This document shows, in pieces, positions 28,190-42,200 of a stretch of 64,000 bases of DNA; the first letter of the stretch is position 1, and every line of letters begins with the position of its first letter. The stretch is from Vitrella brassicaformis CCMP3155 (Eukaryota > Protista > Chromerida): positions 1 to 64,000 of the forward strand of contig CDMY01000666.1 in assembly GCA_001179505.1 (NCBI GenBank), written 5' to 3'. The notes under the pieces were generated by a model, which did not search any database, was not told where the DNA came from, and saw nothing but the letters and a program-made list of their open reading frames with translations. Made by a program: the position numbers and the translations under genes.

Positions 28190-30290
28190 CTACTTCCGGC
28201 GCTTTAGTCGCCCGTTCTCGTCACGGGTCCACTCAACACCAGCAGCACTAGCCCCAGCACCACGGGCAGCCTCCCGTCGGGCCCTCTTGGGCGGTGATGG
28301 ACGGCCGTCCTGGCGATCTCCATCTATGGTGGCGGCCGGCTCTCGGTGTCGGCGCTTGCGGCGGGCAGCCAGTGGCACATCGTCATCGATGTCGCCGTCA
28401 GGCTGCTGCAATATGGGCGGAGGGAAGCTGAAGACAGACAGACAGACAGACAGAGAGAGTCGTTTGGCTCAATGTCTGTGTGCCTGTCTCGGCGTGTGGG
28501 TGCGTGAGGTACATTACTCACCCGGCGACTTCGCCGCCATCTGGTGATGGCACCAGGACGTCTTCAGCAACTCCTGCTGCAGCTGCTGCCGCTGCTGCAG
28601 GGCCTTCTAGGTCTGCATGGATAAGCAAACACCACAACACATCACACGGAGAGATTAGGGGATGCATGCATAGCTCGAGGTTTTGGATGGTCTGTCCGTC
28701 CGCTCACCAATATCCATCCCATCGCCACGATCTCCCCAGTCGACACGACGACCACCACCGGCACCACACGCGGCCATAGCCCTCTCCCGCCCGTCGGCAC
28801 ACTCACGCGGATCGTCATTGTCGTCCCTTGCGTCGTCGGCTGTGGCTTTGCGCTTCTTGGTGAAGGCCGCCTCGCGGGCGAGGTCGTCCTCCTGCTCATC
28901 GTCATCGTCATCGTCGAGTAAACCACGCCGACGCCGCAACTTGGCTGCACGCGGACACACCGCACACAGACAGAGAAGGACAGTGCAAATGAATGTCAGC
29001 ACCCCGGCGTACATTTTCCTTTCCCTCAATCCCCCCACCCCTGCCCCCTTCCCCCTCTCCCGGCTTACATTTCGATCCGAGCCGTCTGGGCAGTATGTCC
29101 TCCTCCGATTCATCATCATCACACTTCATCGACTCGTCCTTGCCCATCCCACCACCACCACCAGCCGCCGCGGCCGCTGCAGCAGCGGGCTCACTGCGGG
29201 CATCTCCATCCCCCTCCGCCTCCTGGTCCTCTGCGTCGTGAGGGTCGTCTGCCAGCGATTTGGGTCGGGCAGCGTCGTCGTCAATGAGCATCCTCTCGCG
29301 CGGCCTGTGTCCGCCACCCACACTCGCTGCTGCAGCTGCAGGGGCCGCTTCCTCGCGGAGTCCCTGGGCGCGCCCGCCGCCGCCACGCCCAGCTTCCTGA
29401 CGCCGGCGAGTGCGAACGTCATGACTCTCACGCCTCACCTTCGCCCCATTCTCCCTTAGGTCTCCGTACACTGAAGGCCTAAGCCCTTGGCCTTTATGGT
29501 GTGCGGATGTACACATATATACCCAATATACTCACCAGGGCCCATGGCAAGGAGTACGGCCTCAAACGCCCATTTGAACAGATGCTGCACCGCCTCGCCC
29601 CCAGCTGCCCTGGTACTGCCCTCCAGCACTAGCTCCAGCATGATCTCCTCCCAACGCTCTGTCAGCTTGGCCTTGTGTGGGCTGTCGTCTGGCAGCTCGC
29701 TGAGCCATCTACTGACCAGCTGCAGCTGCTGGTCCCTCCCCATGGCCCCCGCCAGCTGCCCTCCCAGCCTGTGAACGTCAGCCAGCCCCCCCTCGTCGCG
29801 CCCCGGTGGACGCGCTTCTGGCTGCGGGATGCAGGGGGGGAGGCGGCTCGGCCGCCGGTCGCTCTTCTGCTGCGAGGTCTCCTTGGCCGCGAGTTGTTCC
29901 TGATGCGCCGGTATGACAGCCTCACGAGAGTCGAAGCAAGGCCCCGTGTACGGCTTGGGGGTGGCGCGATGCGATGGTCGGGGTGTACGGCTTGGGGGAG
30001 CGCCATGAGGCGCGAGTGGTGGCCGAGGGTGCTGCCTGCCCTCTTGCGGACCACCTGAGCACAAACAAGGTGAACGATCCCATTGAATGCACATTTGTTT
30101 CATGCCTCCCCTGGCTGCCTGCACAATTATGCCTGCATGCCTGCCTATTCCCCAGCGGCACCATCGCACTTACGTCCTCTGGTGGTGCCGCTGTTGTGCG
30201 CTTCGCGTGCGCGTACGTCTTGGCTGTCTCTCGACAGGCGCTTCTCCCCCTCCTCCTCCGTACCGAGGAGAGTGTCCCTCCGCTTGAGCA
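28190..30290 (-). CDS. Hypothetical multi-exon protein with acidic/low-complexity regions and basic NLS-like clusters; 5' end uncertain
   Basis: Exons MGRDQQLQLVSRWLSELPDDSPHKAKLTERWEEIMLELVLEG...AMGP; ...AAKLRRRRGLLDDDDDDEQEDD...KKRKA; DLEGPAAAA...; ...ARRKRRHRE...SPPKRARREAA...LKRRK*. Confidence 0.5.
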
Positions 30291-30452
30291 TCATTATCAA
30301 TCGCTCACTGGCTCAGCATGCGTCGCTGGCGGTTGCGGCTGTCACACGCGATACCACATGGCGAAATTGTCGCCTTTTCCCTCCTCTTCAGTTGCGAGCT
30401 TGAATGCGTAGCTCGCATTGTGTGGCGAAAGAGATTAAAGAGATCTGGGAAA

Positions 30453-31680
30453 ATGGTGGCCTTTCATTGTCTGTCCTTTGCTGTGGCAGTGCTGCTGGAT
30501 CATCTCGTCTTCGTCCGGGCTCAGACGACTCCCGCATCTTCGCCCCTCCGTCTGCCATCCGATGGACTCATCCCGCGTCCACAAACGGCCCAGATGAAGA
30601 TGCCGCAGCTGCCGAACGACACGGCGACGCTTCCATCTTCAAGTCGGCCGCAGAGGGCCCCGCAGCAAAAGAAGGGACGGCTGAAACGTTGTCATTCCAG
30701 GATGGGAGGCGGCAGGCGTCTTCCGCAGATTTTCTTCAGCACGCTGGAGTCGGTCCTGTGGCACCATCCATCTGTAGCTAATGTGAGGTTGCTGACGACC
30801 GGGAGTGAGGGCCACTCAGAGGGCGCCTTTCGACGACTATGTGCGTCACGGGTATTCGGCCGAGTGGCTTGACGTCGATGCGGTCTGGTGGGACCTTCCC
30901 GGCGCGGCGATGCGTGTGTTGGCCGCGTGGCTGGAGAGGGGACAGAGGGACCTGGCCACCACACTGACGTGCCTCATCCTGCAGCTGCGACTAGTCGCGG
31001 AGGTACGTGTCAAGGACAAACACATGTGGCTGGCTGGCTGGCTGGCTGGCTTGGTTGTCTTCCTGTACTGGTGTGTGGTTGCAGGTGTGTGTTAGCCACC
31101 TCATGGTGTGCTCCTGAATGCCCCTGACGCCTTCCTCCCAGCACCTCTGTTCGACGGCTCCTGCGACGGGAGTTCGATGGCAGTGCCTACATTTTATATT
31201 CTGCCGTCTCTTGTTCGGAATTTCCGCATCGATGGATGTCATGTCTGTCAGACTTTCGATACCAAGGCAACCTGGTCAGTCGTCTCGCAAGCACACACAT
31301 GCGCACATCTTTCTATGTGTGTCTAGTGTGGTGTGGTGCATGTGTGCAGGTTGAGCGGGCCAGAAGGGACACCGCGGCAGGGCCCACCTGGGAGGTCAAG
31401 CAGCCCGGACGGTACGACTGGACAGAGAGAGACACTCCCACGTGTTGCAACATACGCGTGAGTGTGCTTGTGGCTGTCGTGGTGGACTACACCTCATCAG
31501 TGTCCATCCGCCCGCGGATGTTGCGTGATGATGTCGACATATATGACCTGGGCAGAGATGAGCATCGGGCGCAGCTTCACCCAGCCGATTGATTGTGTCT
31601 GTCGTGTTGTGGTGTCCGTGTGTACTGATCAGGACAAGTTTTTCCCCATTCTACCCCACCTCATGGTGCGAAAGCGGTAG
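30453..31680 (+). pseudogene. Degenerate GT32 (alpha-1,4-glycosyltransferase-like) gene with an N-terminal hydrophobic leader
   Basis: IFFSTLESVLWHHPSVANVRLL, PFDDYVRHGY, AAWL...LILQLRLVA and DKFFPI resemble GT32 motifs as I recall them. There is a frameshift near 30820, an in-frame TAG just after the ~31084 acceptor, and no GGxYxDxD motif visible. Confidence 0.4.
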
Positions 31681-32519
31681 CTGCCCCTCCTCGGCATTTC
31701 CGAGTCACGCTTCATCCACATAGACCTCATCGCGGCTTCACCGTCTCTTCCCCGACGACAAAGCCGACATCTCACTCCTGTAAGTCGCGCGACTCCGTCA
31801 GCGAGGTGGAGAAGGAGTGTGCTGTCGTGCTGAAGCGTGTGGATGAGTTCTGCGCGCGGGTGCGGTCGCTGGGCGCCAATCGGGCCGGACGGTCAGTAAT
31901 CGACGAAGACATACGCTCGCTCTCCACCACACAAAGGACATGGACATGTGTCGTGTGGGTGCTGATGGGTCAGGCCACATCGCCTCCAACATGCCGGGCA
32001 GCGGCCACGACAGCACCACTTGTCTGGTGGGGCTCAAGTACCCCACATCGGCCCAGGCGGCAGTGGACCTGTGCAGTATTGTCTGGATGTGTGTGAGTGT
32101 GTGTGTGAGTGTGTGTTGGCTGGCTGGCTGTCTGTTCCTCTGTCTGGCATCAGTGGTGTTGGCCGCCCACCATGCCCATGGCGTGGCTGCGATGAATGTT
32201 GCACTCATTTCACGGATGGACCGACGGACCGTTTCCTTTGTCTTTTCCATGAAGCGCTCCACACGGACATTTTGACACAGACAGACCAAGGAGTGGGGGC
32301 CCAGAACACAACCACGACATTCACACCTCTCCCTACCAACACGCCAGCCAGCCGTTCCATACCTGCCTCCCTCCCTCCCTCTTGGCTCACTCTCTCACTC
32401 TCAAGTGTGCCCATCACTGTCCCCCTATTTGCTGTCCTTCCAACACACAGTGAAGCCCTCCCCTCCCCGCTTTGCACAAGACGGTCTACGCGACGCCAGG
32501 TACACTGGACTGGGCACTG

Positions 32520-32770
32520 ATTGGATGTAGGTAGCTCTGTCCACAGCGAGCGGCTATCGCATCGGTACCTGCGGCGCGGCAGGCAGCACACAACCAAGGG
32601 CGGTAGCACGACAGAGCGATCAAGGTAATGACGATGTTTCGTACACCCTTACTGACCTTCGCCTTCGGCCACAGGACCGCGAATTCCGTCAAAGTAGCTC
32701 GTGCAGACATCAGCACACGGTCATCCTGATGCTGCTCACTCGCCGATGAAGTCCGGTGAGGCCCTGGCCA
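32520..32770 (-). pseudogene. Relic fragment of an importin-alpha-like ARM paralog
   Basis: The reverse complement ggacttcatcggcgagtgagcagcatcaggatgaccgtgtgctgatgtctgcacgagctactttgacggaattcgcgg...ggcgaaggtcagt aligns by eye with 4201-4307 of the ARM gene, including the donor and the start of the next exon. Confidence 0.65.
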
Positions 32771-33245
32771 GGACCAGATAAGGCAATATATACAGTAACA
32801 GGCATCCGGAAATGATGACCATGGAGAGGAGGACGAATTATCTAGCAGGAGGGGGACGTACTATTATTTCTGACGGGGCTCGAGGAGTCGCCCAACCGCA
32901 CAGGACCAATTGTGGTGTTCCGACAACTGTATTGCTGAGCACAGATGCACGCATGCACTGGTGCCTGAGCGGTTCGTTTCAACACAGACGTCATACGCAG
33001 CTGCTGCACATGCTCCTGCACGTTGCTGAGGGGCAGATCTGTGAGCCAAGCCAGAGAGACGGTAGGCGGGATGGAGAAACCCAGAAAAATCGCCGGTTTC
33101 GTTACGGCCAGGAATGCGAGCTTATGTATTGGGACAGGTATCCGTAACCGCATGTGAAGCAAAGGTTCGAAAAAGAGCAAACGCTGTATGGAGGAGTGAG
33201 TGAGTGAGGCAGTGGAGATCTGCTGACGCATTGAGGAGATCTTTG

Positions 33246-36200
33246 ATGGCTCACGTGCCTCCGCCGACAACACCAACGCGCACCCAGTCCCCGAACGAAG
33301 ACGCCATGTCTGGAGGGACGACGGCCAAGCAGAACGGCAGCCCGTATGTGGCCTGCTTCGCTGGACAGGTAATGGGCGGGAGGGGGGACACACACACGGG
33401 GACACACGCGGACACACACGCGCGTGCGCAGAGGTGTGAAGCATCACAGAGAGACGCTCTCCACGCAGCGCACGACAGCACTCACTACGCCAGACGCACC
33501 GGCACCAAGCAGCAGACACTCGCATCCCTCCCTGTGTGTGTGTATCATGCAGGCGGTAGGGGACTACATCGCTGACCTGCGGGCTTTGTATGAGGAGTAC
33601 CCGAGCATCCGTCCGTTTGTGGAGCACCTGTCGCAGCAGCTGTACCACGAGGTCGAGGACGAGGCTGTGGGCATCGTGCAGCGACTGGGCTTCCACAAGT
33701 ATGGCTTCGACGTCATGGAGTGGATACGCAAACCAGAAACCACACCGCCACAGGTCACCCTACTACCAGACAGAAGGGCAGGCTGTCATGCAGACAGACA
33801 GGAGATCCATTGAGGGTCCTGTGTGTGTCTGTGTTGTTTGCAGAGTTACCTGTCGTTCGCGCCCATCAGTTTCCCTATGATCTTCTTCGTCCAGATGACT
33901 CAATACCTATGCGTACGCGGCCAACACACACACACGCCAGACAAGCACACCTGTGTGTACGTCATCGTGGATGTGCTTCGTGTGTGCAGACGCTCGAGGA
34001 CATGGGCATGACCCCTGGCGAGTTCCGCGGCCTGCTGCACGCCGCCATCGGCCACTCACAGGGGCTTGTGGCCGCCGCATGCATCGCACACCGGGACGCA
34101 CACACTGTCGAGGGACTCCAGAAAGTCGCTGGAAACGTACGTGACACGAGCGACAGACGTGGGTCGACATGCATCCATGTCTGTGCCTGTCTGTGTGTGT
34201 GTGTGTGTGTGTGTGTAGGCCCTTCGTATGATGTTCTGGAATGGGCTGCGGCTGCAGTACGCCTATGGCCACCCCAGGAGGGTGGCGCCTAACGTTTTGA
34301 ACGCCGCCGTCGAGGCGGGAGCGGGCAAACCCACACCCATGCTGTCAATCAGGTACACACGCCCACCAGCTCCATACACTCACACATGGGCATGCTCACG
34401 CACACCGACGGCCACTTTCTCTGTTTGTGTCTGCAGAGGATTGCCCGTGCCTTTGCTGACGGCGAGTCTGGCAAAGGTGAATGCGTACCTGCCGCCGACG
34501 CACCACGTCCACATCGCCCTCAAGAACGGCCCCGACTTCACCGTCGTCGCAGGGGACCCCTCGGCCCTCGTGCAGGTCATCGAGGCCATCAAACCCATGC
34601 AGGCCGCTCCATCCGAGGACCAGACCAGGGTGCCGTTCAGCCAGAGGAAGCACCCGGTGGCCTTTCAGTTCCTGGACGTTTCCACGCCGTTCCACTGCAG
34701 GTGGGCTTTGAGATTGCACACGTACCACCGTGATGTATCGGCATCAATGTGTGGCTTTGTGTGTGTGTGTGTGGTTGTCAGTTTGTCTGAGTCTGCTGTG
34801 GCCAAGGTTGCCGACGACATCGGTCGTTTGGGCCTGTTTGCCGACTGCAGCCAGGCCAGCCCCCTGACCATTTCCTGCCTGTCGAATGAAGACGGCACAC
34901 CCCTCAGCGACAAATGCAGCACCTGGAACGACGTGAGCACCCCCCCACCCACCCACACACAGATACCACTTTCTCACATCTCCCTCGCTCCCTGTTCAGG
35001 TTGCCATGGAGTTGGTTCGCCTGCAATCGGTGGTGATCAACGACTGGCTGTCGGTGTGTCGGAATGTGGCCGCCATGACGGCCAGCGTCACGCACGTGCT
35101 GGACTTCGGCCCCGGTAAGGCGGGTGCGTCCATCGGGGGGCTGACGGCGAGGAACCTCAGGGGCTCGGGCATCGGGGTGGAATTCGCACCCACACGTGCA
35201 CTCGAGATCAAAGTCATGAGGTGAGCAGGCGCACGCACTCGTGGATGCAACTACACGTGTCTGTGTGTGTGTGTGGTGGTGGCGGTTTTGTTCGTTCAGT
35301 TTGCAGCCAGCAGTGAACTGGCTCGATGAGTTTGGTCCCCGTGTGCGGCTAGACGTGCACGGCCGACCGTATGTCGACACCAAGTTCCGCCGATTGCTCG
35401 GAAGGCCGCCCGTCATGGTCGCCGGCATGACACCAACTACCGTCAAGGTGACACAAAAGCCATCCCACGTGTGCACATGAGTGGATGGATGGATGTGTGT
35501 GTGTGTGTGTGTGCGCGTGATTGTGTTCTTTTCTTTTGTCAGCCGCGCATTGTCAAGGCAGCGCTCAAGGCGGGTTTCCACGCCGAGATCGCTGGCGGCG
35601 GGCAGCACACCCCCGAGATATTCAAGAAAACCGTCAACGACGTTGTGCAGAGCATCGCGTCAGTGCCTGGCAGACAGACAGACAGACACACTCAACACCC
35701 TCTTCCTCCTCTCCCATGTGTCTGTAGTGACGGCGAGGGCGTGTGGTTGAATCTGCTGTTTTTGAATCCCTTCCTGTGGAAGATGCAGTACCCCCTCATA
35801 CTCCAGCTCAGGCGCGACGGCTGGCCCATCCTCGGCGTCACTGTGGCGGCAGGCGTCCCCAGCCCCGCCAAGGCCGACGAGATACTCGCCAACTTCAGAA
35901 GCGTCGGAATGTAAGCAACACACCAACCACCAAGTCATCTCACTCTGTGGACAAAGAAACACGTGTGTGTGTGCGTGTGTGTGTGTGGCAGTCATTGTGT
36001 TGCGTTCAAGCCTGGGTCGGTGCCGGCCATCCGAGCGGTCCTGGAGATAGCTGACCGCAACCCTGACACGCAGATCGTTGTGCAGTGGACGGGCGGCCGC
36101 GCTGGCGGGCACCACTCATTCGAAGACCAACAGTAGGCAACGCCCCGCCCGCTCTCACACAGCACGCATGGATCCCTGTGTGTCCCCTCAACCAGTGCGC

Positions 36201-39200
36201 CGATTCTGACCACGTATCACGAGATCCGTGCTCTGCCCAACACCATCCTCGTTGCCGGCGGCGGCATCGGCGACGGCCTCTCTGCGTGGAAGTACCTGAG
36301 CGGCCAGTGGTCTCTCCCCTACAACCGCCCCCCGATGCCCTTCGACGCCATCCTCATGGGCTCGCGCGTCATGGCCTGCGAGGAGTCGTGGACGGCAGAC
36401 GAGGTCAAGGAGATGATTGCCAAGGTCGAGGGGCTGCCTCTGGATAGGGAGAAGGAGTGGGAGCAGAGCTATGGGACGAAGGGGTGTGGCGGGGTGCTGA
36501 CGGTGACAAGCGAGCTGGGCGAGCCCATCCATCTGGTCTGCAACCGGGCGGCAAAGCTCTGGCGGGAGCTGGACGATCAGTACTTCAACAAGTGAGTTGG
36601 AGAGATGGGGGAAGGAGACAGCCACGGAAACAACAAACTATCGTCCCCATGCTTGTGTGTGCCTATGTGTTTGGCAGGTTGCCCGATGACCAGCTCACCG
36701 CGGCTCTCGATCGCGATTGGCTCAAGATCGCCCAGCGATTCAACGACGACTACCAAAAGGTCCGTGTGTGCAGATAGAGACACACCAAAACACTACCAGA
36801 CCACGTCTCCACAATCTTTTTCTTTGCCCCCTCTCTGGCTTGCAGCTGTATTTTTGTGAGAAGAAGGACGGCACCATCGTGCGCAGCCTGTCCCACATGA
36901 CCTACGAAGAGGTCGCCCTCCGTCTGATCAACATCTCACGATCCACCACGCCCTCCCCGCCCAGGTGGCTCACTCCCCACTTCAAGGAACGCCTCGAGAG
37001 GTGGCTGCTGCGCGCGGCCGAGCGGCTGGCGAACAACGAGATTCGGCAGGCCGGCGGGAAGCTGTTCGCCACACATGAGCTCGAGGACGATCCTGAGGGT
37101 GTGGTGCAGAGGCTGGTGGAGAAGGTGCCCGAGATCGCCACCCGATTGGTGTGCGCGGCGGATGAAGACTACTTCATCGAGGTGAGAGGGTGGATGAGAG
37201 GATGGGTGGTCGGATGGGTCAGAGTGGTGATGGTTGTGTGCATGTTTGTGGTTCTTTTTGAACAGATGTGCAGGATTGTGTGGATGAAGCCGCCCAACTT
37301 CATTCCTGTCATCGACCCGTCGCTTAAAACATGGCTCAAGAAGGACAGCCTCAGCTACTCCGAAGACGACATCCGATTCGTCAAAGACAGAGACCCGCAG
37401 AGAGTCATCGTAAGCAACATACAACACCGAACGGACCGAAAGCACCGAATGGACAAAACAAAGAAACACCTACTCCCCGCCACTGTCTGCCTGTCTGTGT
37501 GGGTCAGACGATCCACGGCCCGATAGCCGCCGGGTACACGCACAAGGCCAACGAGCCCATCTCAGACATCCTCACCAACATCCACAAGGACCTCATCGAG
37601 CAGGCCGGCCCCCCCGTGGGCCAGGACGCCCCCCCGCCGGTCGGCGACCCCTCTGGCGAGGGCAACTGGAGCATGACACTGCCGAGCGAGCCTGGCGCAA
37701 TTTCCAAGGTCAAGGCCTCTCACTGGCTGGAGAGGCTTGCAGGGCCGGAGAGGATCTCATGGAAGAGGTGGGAGTAGAGAGCCGAAGGAATGAGCAATGG
37801 TGGAGGCCTGCCTACGTGTGTGTGTCCATGTCTGTGTGTGTCAGGGCGCTGCTCACTGCGCCGCACATCGTGCGCGATAAGCGCTGGGTGGCCAACGACC
37901 TGGCACGGCTGTTCTACCCCCGCGCCTCGCAGACCTTCAAGTGCAGCGACACATCCATCCTCATCTTCGACCCAGACATCACCCGCCTGGGCCTCGACCC
38001 GTCCCTGCCATCACTTGAGGCCACGCTCGTCGCCGGCAAGTCCGCCGATGCGCCCACTGTGCGGGTCGTGCTGCGCCACCCCATCATTTGTTGTGAGAAT
38101 GGGGGCGGGGGAGGGGGGAAGGGCAAAGGCAAGGAAGACCCCCATGCGGAGCTGTGTCTCGAGTACCGCTTCTACGCCGACCGGCCGTGGGCGCCGATCG
38201 TCGAGGAGAGCTACGAGGACCGCTGCCGCAAGATAGCTGCGTTTTACACGGCGGTGTGGATGCCCGAGGGCTGCAGGAAGGGCGAGGAGGTCATCGACTC
38301 GCTGGGTGTGCGGCGGTTCAGACACTCTATCTCGGAGCAGACCCAGGGATACGAAGACCTTGACACGGTGAGGGGGTGGGCGAGGGGCAATATGCGGCTA
38401 AATATGGATGTGTGTATATGTGGTGTGGTGTGTTGCGCAGGCGCCTCTGGAGTATGCCATCGTGCTGGCGTGGGACGCCATCCTGACGTCGCTCATCGGC
38501 GACCGGCCCCTGGGTGACCTCTTCCGACTCGTCCACCTCTCAAATCAATTCAAGCTCCTCGACCTCAACCAAAAGCCATTCAAAGTGAGACCACACCCAC
38601 AGACACACACACACACACACACTCTCTCTCTCTTCTTCTGTTCTGTGATCAGGTGGGCGACAATGTTGACGTGAGTGCGATGCCGACCAGCCTCGCCGAC
38701 CGCGACGAAGGCCGGATCGTCACGGTTCGTGCGCTGGTGTCGCGCAAAGGCCAGTCGCCCCTGGTGCGCATCGACTCATCTTTCCTCTTCCGCGGCCCCC
38801 TTCTTGAGGAGGAGAAAGGCTTCACCGTCATCGAGAGGGATGTCGACGTCTTTGTGGCCGACGACGCCGTCAAGGGCGTCCTTATGAGCAAGGACATGTG
38901 GCACGACCTCAAGGCCACCGACGTGCTGGTGGGGGTGGCGCTGAGCCTTAAGGTCGAGAGCAGGGAGGAGCGAATCGGAAACGGAATGAGCAAATTCGAG
39001 ACTAAAGGTAGGCGAGCGGGACACACAGACCAAAGGGATTGATGCCTCAATGATAACCATGTGTGTGTGTGGGTGTTGTCTGCGACTCTTTCTCAGGCAC
39101 GATAACCCGTTCTGGTGTGCAGATCGGTAGCATCTCCCTGACGACCCCGTCGGCCACCAACTGCCCCGTGCTGGCCTTCCTCGACCGCCACGGCACGCCC

Positions 39201-42200
39201 CATGACAAGATGGCCCCGGCACCGCCATGCACCTACCGCACTCAGCTCGACAGGGCGCACCACAGCGACGTGCCATACGCGTTCGCCTCCAGGGACACAA
39301 ACCCACTCCATGTACGCTGACACCGAGAGACACATGCGAGGTAGTGCCATGTTGGCATGGCATGGTGTGTGGGGTGTGTGTTTCTGCAGGTGAGTCCGTT
39401 TGCGGCGGCTTTGGCCGGTTTGGATCGCCCCATAGTGCACGGTATGCTCAATGCGGCAAGGGCGCGTCAGGCCATCGAGGCGGCCGTGGGCGGGCCTGTG
39501 GTCATGATCAAGGCGGAGTTCGTCGGCATGGTGCACTCGGCTTCAAGACTGAAGACCAGCTGTAAACACACACCCACCCACCCACCCACACACACACACC
39601 CCGGTACACATGTGCGTGACTCGCTCTCTCTGTGTGTGGGTGTGTGCGTCAGGCACGTTGATTGGTACGCGTCACGGGTCTCGTGTGGTGCAGTGGGAGC
39701 TCAAGACAGAGGACCCCCACCGAAGGGGCAACTGGGTGCTGGCCGTCAAGGGGACCGCCGAGGTCGGACAGCCACCCATCACTTACCTCTTCACAGGTAC
39801 ACGACACACCCACTCCCCCTCACAGCACATAACCAGGCACACAGAGGCAACCACGAGTGTTTCCTCTCACAGGTCAGGGATCTGCCGAGGCCAACATGGG
39901 CATGGACCTCTACAACACGAGCCACGCCGCCCAGGCGGTGTGGGACCGTGCGGACGCCTTCTTCAAGCAGAAATACGCCTTCTCCATCATCGACATCGTC
40001 AAGCGCAACCCCAAGGAGCTCTGGGTCTCGTTCCTCGGACAGGGCGGCGACCAGCTGCGGCAGGCATACGCCGCCATCCGCAAGAGCGGCAAGGACGGCA
40101 AGGATGAGGCGCTCTTCCCGGAGGCAGAGGACAGCAGCGCACCTGGCATCAGGTTCTACGCATCCGAGGGGCTGCTCTTCGCCACACAGTTCACGCAGCC
40201 TGGTAAGAGTGCATGGATGTGCACCCCTTATAGCTATATGTGTGCAATGGTCTTGTCTTCTGTCAGCGATTCTCCTGTTCGAGAAGGCATGGTTTGAGGA
40301 CCTCCGTGCCCAGGGTTGCGTGCAGCCGTCAGCTCTCTTCGCCGGGCACTCTTTGGGCGAGTATGCGGCCCTGTGCAGCGTGGCCAACGTCATCCCGATC
40401 GAGACCATCGCCGAGCTGGTCTTCCTCCGAGGGCTCACCATGCAGTCGGTCGTCGACAGGGATCACCTCTCTCGATCCCGCTACGGCATGGTGGCTTTCT
40501 CGCCGTCGCGCGTGGGCAAGTGGGTGACTGACGACATGCTCGAGGCTCTCGTGACCGGCATCGATCAACGCACTGGACGGCTGCTGCAGGTAAATAGTCT
40601 GGGCGGGAGGGTGCTGACGGACGGACGGGGGGATGGAGAGAATTGTGTGTGTGGGTGTCTGTGTATGTGTGACAGGTTGTCAATTACAACCACAAGGGCT
40701 CCCAGTACGTCATCGCGGGCGACCTCACCGCCCTCGAGACCCTACGACTCGCCGCCGACAAACTCGCTAAGGAGCCGGTGAGCAGGCAGACCACCACACA
40801 CACCTACACACACAGACCTTTTTCGTTCCCTGTGTATGTCTGCTTTCCTCAGCCCACCGACCTTCCCAAGGGTCCTGCGTCGTCCTTGCCGCCATCGGTG
40901 GAGGCACTGATCGGCTCGTGCTGGGCGGATGCGCTCGAGACCGAGCAGCGTGCGGCCGAGAGGGAGGGGCCGGGCCCGCTAGGCGGCGAGACGGGCGGCA
41001 TCGGGGGCTTCGTGCCGCTGCAGCGAGGCACAGCCACCATCCCACTCAAGGGCATCGACATCCCTTTCCATTCACGGTGAGGGGCAGATGGAAGGACGGT
41101 GGGATGGCTCGGTGATTGTGTGTGCGGCTTCTTGATTCAGGTTGCTGCGCAAGGGCGTGGGGACTTTCAGGCGGCTGCTGGAGCACGGTCTCGCCGCCGT
41201 GGAATTCCCTCCCAGCGTCTTTGTGGGCAAGTATTTCCCCAATCTGGTGGGCCGTCCGTTCTCCCTCACCGAAGGCTTCATCGAGGCGGCGCTCAAGGCC
41301 ACTGAGGGCCAGTCCAACTCACTCAAAGACCTGCTGGACAAATTCGACGAGTGGAAGGAGGACGAGCGGGCCATGACCAAGAAGCTGCTCATCTGCCTGC
41401 TCTCGTGGCAGTTCGCATCACCTGTGTAAGCAGCAACCGATAAATGGATGACCAACATATATGTGCGCATTCTCGGCTCTCCTATGCTGCTTGCCTGCAG
41501 TCAGTGGATCAAGACCATGTCCGGCGTAGGCGAGCACTCGCCCAGCGGCCCTCTGCAGATCATCGAAATAGGCCCCGCCCCGGTGCTGGTGCGGCTGGCC
41601 CGTCCCCTGCAGCAGGCCAACCCCCTGGCGACTACCTTGTGGATCACCAAGGACCGCGACACCATCTACTGCCACGACACGTCCATCGACGAGGACGAGA
41701 TCATCGATGACGGCGGGCCGAGCCCCAGCGAGGCGGCACAACTGTCGGCCATCGACACCACCGTCGGTGGCGGGAGCGAGAGTGAGAGGATGGAGAGCCC
41801 GCAGAGGGGCGAAGGCTCGCCTGTGGCCAGTGCTCCACAGGTGGGCATCATGCCTGTCGGGGAGGTGGTTGACGTGCCCATGGACGCGCTGCACGCGTTG
41901 CGGTCCCTCCTGGCCACAAGGCTGCATCTGACGCTCGATGAGGTGCCTCCCACTGCCACCATCCGTGCCCTCTGTGGCGGCAAGTCGGCTCTGCAGAACG
42001 AGGTGGTCGGCGACCTCTCCACCGAGTTCGGCAGCGAGCCCGAGGGCGCCTCCGACAAGTCTCTCGAGACGCTGGCGCGAGACCTGGGTGCGGGCTACAC
42101 CCAGCCGGGCAAGATACTTACCAACCTGACCTCCCGCATGCTCACCAAGATCATGCCGGCGCCGCTCTCGACCGTGTCCAAGGCCAGGGCCTGTCTGGCG

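Noticed and set aside
29946-29997. gtgtacggcttgggg repeated at 37-bp spacing as the cause of a frameshift in the 28190-30290 gene
   Set aside because: Removing one unit did not yield a frame that joins to an ATG-containing first exon, so the 5' structure remains unresolved.
31700-32300. Possible exons on either strand (ERFMEKTKETVRRSIREM...; EVEKECAVVLKRVDEF...)
   Set aside because: No recognisable motif, and I could not decide the strand or assemble a consistent model.
32486-32716. ORF initially suggestive of a retroelement RNase H
   Set aside because: The DNA aligns instead to the ARM gene at 4200-4400.
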